From: Leptolyngbyaceae cyanobacterium | Lineage (GTDB): Bacteria; Cyanobacteriota; Cyanobacteriia; Phormidesmidales; Phormidesmidaceae | NCBI GenBank assembly: GCA_050331235.1 | Contig: JBHJHA010000108.1 | Span: 1 to 13,154 of the forward strand | Reading direction: 5' to 3' | Length of the DNA: 13,154 nucleotides | Part shown: positions 1-6,765 of the stretch, piece by piece | How the letters are laid out: every line of letters begins with the position of its first letter | Numbering within the stretch: the stretch's first letter is position 1 | Notes under the pieces: generated by a model | What the model saw: only the letters and a program-made list of their open reading frames with translations | Told to the model about the DNA's origin: nothing | The model's database searches: none | Position numbers and translations under genes: made by a program

Positions 1-120
1 CGATTGGCTTCGGATGTGGGGCTTGACGCTGATGTGACTCAGTACTGGAACCGCATTCAAGGCAAGGTCCACCCTACTTTCCGGGCAACCTATGACCGTA
101 GCGGGGCAGCGGCTAGCTAG
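1..120 (+). CDS. 3' end (partial) of a glutamine synthetase inactivating factor family protein (IF7/GifA, or the homologous C-terminal part of IF17/GifB)
   Basis: Frame 1 reads RLASDVGLDADVTQYWNRIQGKVHPTFRATYDRSGAAAS-TAG(118-120). This matches the IF7/IF17 C-terminal pattern R..E(I/V)G...W..(V/I)QGK...FR.TYDRS...S, recognised from memory of the Synechocystis proteins. The 5' part lies outside the window, so gifA and gifB cannot be distinguished. Confidence 0.8.
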   Translation, partial: RLASDVGLDADVTQYWNRIQGKVHPTFRATYDRSGAAAS

Positions 121-142
121 GCGGGCTGTGACTGTACTACTA

Positions 143-192
143 TGCAAGCATGAAAAAGAGGGGGCAGCTGCCCCCTCTTTTTCATGCTTGCA
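143..192. terminator. 50-bp perfect palindrome, probable bidirectional intrinsic terminator between the convergent gif-family and PEP-CTERM genes
   Basis: TGCAAGCATGAAAAAGAGGGGGCAG|CTGCCCCCTCTTTTTCATGCTTGCA is its own reverse complement. The GC-rich core is followed by a T5 run on either strand, and it lies between two convergent stop codons (120 and 246). Confidence 0.8.
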
Positions 193-245
193 AAGTAGAG
201 CTGATTTATCCCCTCCTCTAGTAAGCTATTCCTGCTCAGGTAAAA

Positions 246-998
246 TTAAGCAGCCTGTTTGCGACGCAGTCTCAATGAGCTGAGAGCGCCAATGGCTAAA
301 ACGCCTAAAACAGAAGCGGGTTCAGGTACTTTTTCGACTGTCAGGCTAGTCATCGTCCAGCCCGAGTTTTCTTCGATTGCTGTAAAGCGAAAGCGATCGC
401 CGAACAAATCATTAGAATCATTAGTGGCGCTTTCAAATAGGAAGGGTGACTCCCCTTTGGGAACATCGAGCCCATTTGCTTGCCACACTAAACCGCCATC
501 ATTTCTAACCTGAACAAAAAACTTTTCAGTCTCTTCACCAGGTTGAAATGCTCTCAAGAAAGTAGCGCTCACAAGTTAGATTTCCTGGGAGAAGCCAAAA
601 ATTAAGCTTTCGTTGCCAGGGTCGGCTCCATCAACTGTACCTGCACTGCCATCCGTATTCTCATCACTCTTCACTGCTAAACCTGCCCGGTTGTAGCGGA
701 CTTGACCGTTAGCCCCGTTGCCCTCACGGCCTCGAACAAAGACTTCCAAGGGGTTGCCTGTAGAGGTCAGGAGTGGCTTATCGTTATTCGGGGTAAAATA
801 CAGCCTCTGTCCTTCGCCATAGGTCGTACCCCAGCCATCTTGAAAACCATATTCGCCTTTGTAATCTTTAGTCTCGTCAGGACTACCGAACGGCTTGAAG
901 TCGTAAGTGAGTGTTCCAGCTGCAGCAGCGCCTACTGACATACCGCCAGAAATAGAGGCGACCGCAACAGCAAGCAGACTCTTGGTGAAAAAGTTCAT
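246..998 (-). pseudogene. PEP-CTERM sorting-domain surface protein (~250 codons) interrupted by one in-frame TAA at 578-576
   Basis: ORFs 576..998 and 246..572 share a frame: ...FGFSQEI*LVSATFLRAFQ.... The upstream part has a signal-peptide-like N-terminus (MNFFTKSLLAVAVASISGGMSVGAAAA). The downstream part ends in VPEP + hydrophobic helix + basic tail (VPEPASVLGVLAIGALSSLRLRRKQAA). Could be a true nonsense mutation or a base-call error. Confidence 0.8.
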
Positions 999-1352
999 AG
1001 TGTTACCCGTAAATTTGCTGAGTATTTCACCTGATTCCTGTAAGTAAAGTAACGAGTTTTCACTGGAACTACTGTAGTCAAGCGGTTGATTTATCGCATC
1101 TTCAAAAAGGCCGTAATATCCATCTCATCAAGTTTGTTTGAAAAGTCCTGAAGATATCTCCAACCAAAACTCATAGATATCTTGAGGGAAACTTTAAGAA
1201 TCCCTGTCGAAAGGTCGTTTGGACTGATAGGCTTAAACCCTTTTAGCGCAGGCATCGTTTATATTGTTGGTTCATATGCCAGCATTTTTTCTTAAGATAG
1301 TTTGCTGCCTTGTCAATAGCGTAAGTTGGGTTATTGTCAATTTACCGACACT

Positions 1353-3683
1353 TTATATATCCCCTGGTAAGACGTCTACGCGAGCAAACTTGAGGCCAGT
1401 GACTCCTTGCAAAGGTTCGACATCACCCTGTGTGATCGCAGTGCCGATCCATCCTTCTCGCTGGAGATATCGCAAATATTCCTGATATTCCTTCCACTCT
1501 TCATCGGTGGAATACACCAAGGTTAAACAACCGGGCTGAGTAATGCGATCGTGGGTTTCGGCATCTAGGGCCTTGTCAATACGTTTTTTGACAATTTCAT
1601 ACCGGGTATCGCGGGTGCCGCGGACATCGAACAGACGCTCAGTATTTTCGTCGTGGGTAATGTCAACAGTGCAGTCTTGTACGAGTACCAGATGGGTAAT
1701 ATCCATATCGGTTGCATGTTTTGCTTTGAGGCGAAAGCCGGTACGTGCACAGTCGCACACTGCCCTGAGTTGCTCATACCGCAAGCTCCGTAAGTGAAAT
1801 GGCGAGAACCGAGAATCGATGGAGCTACCGGCATAAATCATGTGATCAATCCCATCGGTCGACTCGATGTCACAGTAGTGGGGGGAAACCTGCTGCATCG
1901 TGTGTTGCCATCGCTGCCAAGTATCACGCAGCGACAGGTTAATATTCTGTACTGTTTTGTCGTAAACTGATCGCGCGGTATAGACACAGCCATGATTGCG
2001 GTCCTTTGCAGCTTCGTAGGTCGCAATTGCCTGACTGACCGCTTCGCCACAGGTGGCAAAATAATCAAAATGGACTTCCAAATTGTCCTGGAGATATCGC
2101 AGCAGGGTGATCTCCGCATCAACAGTGACTCCCTGCTGAAGCTGCCCAATTTTTTCTAACAGATCATCATGGAACTGCTCTGCAAAGGCATGGTTAACGG
2201 TATGGCAAACGGCATTGGCGATCGCCAATGCCAGGCGAAACTGTGCTAGCAAATCTTGCTGAATGGCCCGATTGCGTTCATTAGAAGAACCGCGGATATC
2301 CGAAATGCCATATAGCGGATAGACATCACTGAATGTAATGGGCGCAGGGGGCAGGCCCAGGCTACGGCGCTCGGCTTCTTCTTCAAACCGCCAACGGACG
2401 GAGGCATGAATATGCATAAACCGCTCGTTGACGCTTTGCCGCATGGCAAATGTCAGAGCGGGGATTAGCGTTTCGCCATTGTGTTCGTCAATAGCATCGA
2501 AGGCATCTGGTTGGTCACTCATCAGTCCCACCGCCCCCAAAAGCTGTGGTCCTGTCTGCAGGCGCACTGATTTCACCACCAATGGCAAGATTAGCAGCGA
2601 CTTTGCCCCGCGGTCTCGTAGCAAATGCTCGCAGGCAGAAAAGTCAGGGGCGCTGAGATCACTCAGATTGAGTACTTTGCCCTGGGTCGCTGATTGGCAT
2701 AAAACCGATCGCTGGAGGCAATCTGCCGGTAAAGGATGGTTAGACCATTCTGGCTGGTCAAGATCGAGATATAGCGCGGCATTGCCCCCTTCTGCAGTCA
2801 AAATTAAACTGTCGGTGGCGCGAAAGAGACGTCTTAGCAGCGTATTCGCCTGGCGAAAGCGATGCGATTGTAGAATCGATTCGCGATCAAGTAGCAGATG
2901 CACCAATCGCTGGGTGATTTCTCGACTGCTGACATCCATCCCCTCAACGAGGACGATGCCGCTGGCCCGGTAGGTCTGAGGATTGAGCTTTTGCACCACT
3001 CGCTGTAAAGGGGAGGTGGCATCATGAAGCTGCTGTAGAATTGCCGCCGAATCGGGCACCTCAGTCCAGCACTCGTCTAGGGCTGCTCTCACTGAGGCAT
3101 CAAGGGACAGCAAACGCACCTGATCGCTACTCACAGTGAACTCAACAAACCGTTCGCGATCGCCCCGCAAAGGCGTCACTGAGATGATCAGCGGCTCATG
3201 GAGCCAGCGAGACGGCAACAGCCCTGATTGCTGATAATGATCTGCCAAAATGGCATTCAATACATGCCGCCGAATCCGCTCTCGCACCCAGAGCTGATCT
3301 GCCTCCGATAGCCGCTGTAGTACTACATCACCCAAGGTCGGGGGGGTGTCAATCATGCCTACTAGGTGGCGAAAGCGATTGCTGGTCCACTCAATGCGGT
3401 GGTTAGATAAATCGATGGCAGCAACCAAAAGGCGGCTGTGCTGCTCCAACACTGACCACCAGCTTGGGATTTGGCTAGACGGTGATGGAGCGGCCAATGC
3501 TGCCTTGGTTACGGCAGGCGGAGGGCTCGCTATCTTCGTCGAAGGGAACTGCGGCGACGGGGCATCAGTCATCGTGTGGTCCTCGCGATCATCAATCCGG
3601 GCTGATGCAGTGAATCCGCGATCGCCCGTAGCAGTTGGTTGATTGGTTTCGAACTGAGCGTTGAGTAGAGTCCCCTGATGCAC
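1353..3683 (-). CDS. GAF domain-containing signalling protein (PAS-like + GAF + uncharacterised, possibly cyclase-like, C-terminal domain)
   Basis: 776-codon ORF. GAF signature: GKVLNLSDL...GAKSLLILPLVV...LLGAVGLMSDQPDAFDAIDE...LIPALTFAM (~2880-2436). PAS-like start (LVAAIDLSNHRIEWTSNRFRHLVG) and end (GIVLVEGMDVS). The true start may be ATG at 3572, preceded by GAGGA at 8 nt, rather than GTG at 3683. Confidence 0.85.
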   Translation of the reverse strand: MHQGTLLNAQFETNQPTATGDRGFTASARIDDREDHTMTDAPSPQFPSTKIASPPPAVTKAALAAPSPSSQIPSWWSVLEQHSRLLVAAIDLSNHRIEWTSNRFRHLVGMIDTPPTLGDVVLQRLSEADQLWVRERIRRHVLNAILADHYQQSGLLPSRWLHEPLIISVTPLRGDRERFVEFTVSSDQVRLLSLDASVRAALDECWTEVPDSAAILQQLHDATSPLQRVVQKLNPQTYRASGIVLVEGMDVSSREITQRLVHLLLDRESILQSHRFRQANTLLRRLFRATDSLILTAEGGNAALYLDLDQPEWSNHPLPADCLQRSVLCQSATQGKVLNLSDLSAPDFSACEHLLRDRGAKSLLILPLVVKSVRLQTGPQLLGAVGLMSDQPDAFDAIDEHNGETLIPALTFAMRQSVNERFMHIHASVRWRFEEEAERRSLGLPPAPITFSDVYPLYGISDIRGSSNERNRAIQQDLLAQFRLALAIANAVCHTVNHAFAEQFHDDLLEKIGQLQQGVTVDAEITLLRYLQDNLEVHFDYFATCGEAVSQAIATYEAAKDRNHGCVYTARSVYDKTVQNINLSLRDTWQRWQHTMQQVSPHYCDIESTDGIDHMIYAGSSIDSRFSPFHLRSLRYEQLRAVCDCARTGFRLKAKHATDMDITHLVLVQDCTVDITHDENTERLFDVRGTRDTRYEIVKKRIDKALDAETHDRITQPGCLTLVYSTDEEWKEYQEYLRYLQREGWIGTAITQGDVEPLQGVTGLKFARVDVLPGDI

Positions 3684-3892
3684 CTCGCCCCCTTCGCCTG
3701 TCGCAAATTCACTTGAAATGCTTCAGGCTATTGCCCCGCTTTTCCAGAAACCCGCATCGAATTAGTGCAGTAGCCAACGGCGACAACCCTTTACAATGGA
3801 AACTCTGAAAATTTAAGCAAACTGTGGCAAGGTTCCTTCCATTTTGCCCTAAGTAATGACGTCCCTTTCTGCTCACTGGTAGCAATTCACCT

Positions 3893-5377
3893 ATGTTTGA
3901 AGCCCTTTCTGAACGTTTTGACGCGGCCTGGAAAAAGCTCCGGGGGCAAGACAAGATTAGTGAAGCCAACATTCAGGAGGCTCTGAAAGATGTCCGCCGG
4001 GCGCTACTAGAGGCGGATGTCAATCTCCAGGTGGTCAAAAATTTTATTGCTGAGGTCCAGAGTCAGGCCCTCGGTGCAGAGGTGATTTCTGGCGTTAATC
4101 CTGGTCAGCAATTCATCAAGATTGTGAACGAGGAGATGACCAAGTTGATGGGGGAAACAAATGCCCCTTTAGCCAAGGCTGAGACAGCGCCAACGGTCAT
4201 CCTAATGGCGGGTTTGCAGGGTACAGGTAAAACGACGGCCTCGGCCAAGCTGGCCCTACACCTTCGGAAAGAGTCGCGATCGGCCATGATGGTGGCAACG
4301 GATGTTTATCGTCCTGCCGCTGTTGACCAGCTCATTACCCTGGGTAAACAAATTGACATCCCTGTATTTGACCTAGGCACTGACGCCAATCCCGTTGACA
4401 TTGCTCGCCAAGGGATCGCCAAAGCCAAGGAAGACGGCGTTGACACCGTAATTGTCGATACGGCCGGTCGCCTACAAATTGACCCCAAGATGATGGCCGA
4501 GCTGGCCCAAATCAAAGCGGCCATTCACCCCGATGAGGTTTTGCTCGTTGTAGATGCTATGACGGGGCAAGAAGCGGCTAACCTGACGCGGACCTTTCAT
4601 GATGAAATTGGCATTACCGGAGCCATTCTCACCAAGATGGATGGCGATGCTCGTGGGGGCGCAGCGCTATCCGTGCGGCAGATTTCGGGCAAGCCAATCA
4701 AATTTATCGGGGTGGGCGAAAAAGTTGAGGCGCTACAGCCCTTTTATCCCGATCGCATGGCCTCCCGCATTCTAGGCATGGGCGATGTCCTCACGCTGGT
4801 TGAAAAGGCTCAGGAAGCGGTTGATTTTGCCGATGCTGAAAAACTACAGAACAAAATCCTTGAAGCCAAGTTTGACTTTGATGACTTTCTCAAGCAAACG
4901 CGGTTGATGAAAAATATGGGCTCCCTCGGCGGCATCATGAAGATGATTCCTGGCATGGCGGGCAAAATTTCTGACGACCAATTACAAGAGGGGGAAACCC
5001 AGTTACGCCGAGTTGAAGCCATGATCAACTCCATGACTAAAGATGAGCGCAAAAATCCAGAGTTGCTTTCGGGCTCCCCCAGTCGTCGTCGCCGCATCGC
5101 CAGAGGAGCCGGTTATCAAGACCGAGACGTTAGCAAACTGGTCAGCGATTTTCAGAAAATGCGCAGCATGATGCAGCAGATGGGCTCTGGTCAAATGGGG
5201 ATGCCCGGCATGGGGGGTGGTTTTCCAGGCATGGGTGGCGGCTTCCCAGGCATGGGCGGCGGGATGCCTGGTATGGGTGGCGGAGCTCAGCCCGGTTTTC
5301 GTGGCTATCCGGGCATGGGCGGCGGCAAAAAGAAAAAGAAAAAAGGCAAGAAGAAGAAAGGCTTTGGCGACCTCTAA
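3893..5377 (+). CDS. ffh: Signal recognition particle protein Ffh (SRP54)
   Basis: ALLEADV N-domain motif; GTPase motifs GLQGTGKTT, DVYRPAA, DTAGR and TKMDGDARGG; RILGMGD; Met-rich M domain with SRRRRIARGAG. Confidence 0.99.
   Translation: MFEALSERFDAAWKKLRGQDKISEANIQEALKDVRRALLEADVNLQVVKNFIAEVQSQALGAEVISGVNPGQQFIKIVNEEMTKLMGETNAPLAKAETAPTVILMAGLQGTGKTTASAKLALHLRKESRSAMMVATDVYRPAAVDQLITLGKQIDIPVFDLGTDANPVDIARQGIAKAKEDGVDTVIVDTAGRLQIDPKMMAELAQIKAAIHPDEVLLVVDAMTGQEAANLTRTFHDEIGITGAILTKMDGDARGGAALSVRQISGKPIKFIGVGEKVEALQPFYPDRMASRILGMGDVLTLVEKAQEAVDFADAEKLQNKILEAKFDFDDFLKQTRLMKNMGSLGGIMKMIPGMAGKISDDQLQEGETQLRRVEAMINSMTKDERKNPELLSGSPSRRRRIARGAGYQDRDVSKLVSDFQKMRSMMQQMGSGQMGMPGMGGGFPGMGGGFPGMGGGMPGMGGGAQPGFRGYPGMGGGKKKKKKGKKKKGFGDL
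5201..5284 (+). repeat. Four in-frame 21-nt units encoding (M/F)PGMGGG in the Ffh C-terminal tail
   Basis: Protein reads MPGMGGG FPGMGGG FPGMGGG MPGMGGG. The DNA copies differ at synonymous positions. A Lys-rich end follows. Confidence 0.85.
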
Positions 5378-5391
5378 TTAAGTTTTCTAAG

Positions 5392-5423
5392 AGGCGTAGG
5401 GCTGATCGTGTCATCCCTCGCCT
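5392..5423 (+). terminator. Imperfect stem-loop 15 nt after the ffh stop (possible 3'-end structure)
   Basis: AGGCG-t-AGGG-c-TGA [TCGTG] TCA-t-CCCT-CGCCT gives 12 paired positions with a bulge and a mismatch. No clear U-tract follows. Confidence 0.35.
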
Positions 5424-5552
5424 AGGACAACTCAGTAACTTTTCTCAGATGAAGGCCTCTACTCACCTGACCCCAGCCGAAAACGAGGCTCAATCGGACA
5501 ACGCAGAAAAAGTAAAAGGAATATCTGTACCAGCGGGCATGGGTAAAACCAA

Positions 5553-5819
5553 TTAGGCGCCCCCTTGCTTAGTGGGTGATGAGTTGCTGGGATTCCCTTC
5601 AGCATCTAGCGATCGCAGGGCTGCGAGCACTTCTGCCAGCAAATTGTAAGAGCCGCCTGCCATGTTTTCTTCCGCTGCGACCTGTAGTTCCTGAGCATCG
5701 TATTCCCACTGCCGAAGCACTTCTACTTTTTGCTCAGAAGTCAGTTCATCTGTGGTGCTCACCGCAGCGGGCGACTCAAAAACGCTGGCCGGATTGAGTT
5801 TGGCTTGTTCAAAATCCAT
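5553..5819 (-). CDS. Small acidic hypothetical protein (88 aa)
   Basis: ATG-started ORF with protein-like composition and motif P..VF.SP..V.....L..EQK..VL.QWEYDA..L.VA.EE.M.GG. I recall this motif from an uncharacterised small-protein family; not verified. Confidence 0.8.
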   Translation of the reverse strand: MDFEQAKLNPASVFESPAAVSTTDELTSEQKVEVLRQWEYDAQELQVAAEENMAGGSYNLLAEVLAALRSLDAEGNPSNSSPTKQGGA

Positions 5820-6226
5820 AACTATTTCGAGAAGATTGCTGCAGCTAATTTAACTTGTTTTGTTAGAACAGGGGGCTGCCAAGGTCTCTGATGATTCACC
5901 TTGGCTGGGTATTGATGGTAAGCGGCAGTCAGGTTGGGACCTATGCGATCGCCAAATCGTTGGTGCCGCGCTCCTCGAACCCGGCATCTCATAAATCTCT
6001 GCTGGATAAAACTTATCCCAGTTTCACCCAACTTTATCCAGGCTGCTGGGCGCTCTAGGACGATTCAACGGCAAGCTTATGCTGCTGCTCTCAGGCCAAT
6101 ACGGCCGTATCCCCGTACTATTTGTTTGCAACAGCGTTAGCCAGGTAGAGATGACCGATCCGCCGGAAAATTATTTTCTCTCAGCGCTTGATTAAAGTGA
6201 AAAGGTAGCCACAGTTAGCAACTATC

Positions 6227-6313
6227 ATGCCCACTTTTTTATCCACCGTTTTGCCCCTCATTTTGTTTGCCTGGTCAATATTTATCGTTCTCAGCCAATT
6301 TGTTGGTCAATAG
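6227..6313 (+). CDS. Candidate 28-aa single-helix membrane peptide (below the ORF-track cutoff)
   Basis: ATG(6227)...TAG(6311-6313) encodes MPTFLSTVLPLILFAWSIFIVLSQFVGQ, with a ~19-residue uncharged hydrophobic stretch. It fits without overlap in the gap before the convergent stop at 6336. No strong SD sequence. Confidence 0.35.
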   Translation: MPTFLSTVLPLILFAWSIFIVLSQFVGQ

Positions 6314-6335
6314 GGGTGTGCTGGTCTGGTGGCAA

Positions 6336-6692
6336 TTAAGCATTCAGGGTTGCCTGTAGCTCTTCCTCTTTAGCTCGAAAGCCCACCAGCACGGCTTGGC
6401 CATTTTTGACAAACAGTGGACGCTTTAGCAGCATGGCATTCTCAGCAAAGGCCTCTATCCACTGTTCATCGCTCCAAGACTTCTTTTCTTCACCGATCGC
6501 GCGATAGGCTTGACCGGAGGTATTGCGCATTGGTTTGGAGCCCAAGGCTGCCACCCAGTCGGCAATCATCTCTCGGGTTGGGGGAGCCGTTTTGGTGTTA
6601 ATGAAGTCGTAGGCGACGTCGTTGCTCTCCAGCCAGGCAGAGGCCTTTTTGCAGGTGCCGCAGTTGGGAATACCGTAAACCTCGAGTGTCAT
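6336..6692 (-). CDS. ArsC/Spx/MgsR family (YffB-like) thioredoxin-fold protein
   Basis: N-terminal VYGIPNCGTCKKA (CxxC), NTSGQAYR and C-terminal MLLKRPLF...VGF motifs of the ArsC family. Confidence 0.92.
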   Translation of the reverse strand: MTLEVYGIPNCGTCKKASAWLESNDVAYDFINTKTAPPTREMIADWVAALGSKPMRNTSGQAYRAIGEEKKSWSDEQWIEAFAENAMLLKRPLFVKNGQAVLVGFRAKEEELQATLNA

Positions 6693-6765
6693 AAGTCTGT
6701 CGTCAATGGATTTCGATAGCAGCGTAGCAAATCCCCTCCCCCCCTGACCGAGGATTGCGGCGGGA

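Noticed and set aside
92..283. 63-aa ORF on the + strand
   Set aside because: Overlaps the gif-family stop in another frame, runs through the palindrome and into the PEP-CTERM 3' end; no recognisable protein features.
576..578. Stop-codon reassignment or programmed read-through of TAA
   Set aside because: TAA terminates several intact genes here (e.g. ffh, rlmH, DUF3285), Sec and Pyl use TGA and TAG, and no recoding signal is evident.
1310..1341. Two TTGACA hexamers on the - strand (1340-1335, 1316-1311) as -35 elements
   Set aside because: Neither has a convincing TAnnnT at 16-18 bp spacing.
1264..3642. Alternative-frame and antisense ORFs within the GAF gene (e.g. 2428..2973 +, 181 aa)
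   Set aside because: Shadow ORFs of a long coding region with no motifs; the same applies to those overlapping ffh, Z-ISO, DUF92, the permease and ybeY.
5822..6140. Overlapping 69-aa (-) and 68-aa (+) ORFs in the intergenic gap
   Set aside because: TTG starts, Arg/Pro-rich non-protein-like composition, mutual overlap and no recognisable motif.
6205..6218. NtcA-like site GTAGCCACAGTTAG
   Set aside because: The right half is TAG rather than TAC; I found no full GTA-N8-TAC in the intergenic regions I scanned by eye.
6239..6247. DnaA-box-like TTATCCACC (plus weaker TTATCCAG matches near 6002-6041)
   Set aside because: Only one single-mismatch box, no cluster of consensus boxes, no AT-rich unwinding element and no dnaA/dnaN context.
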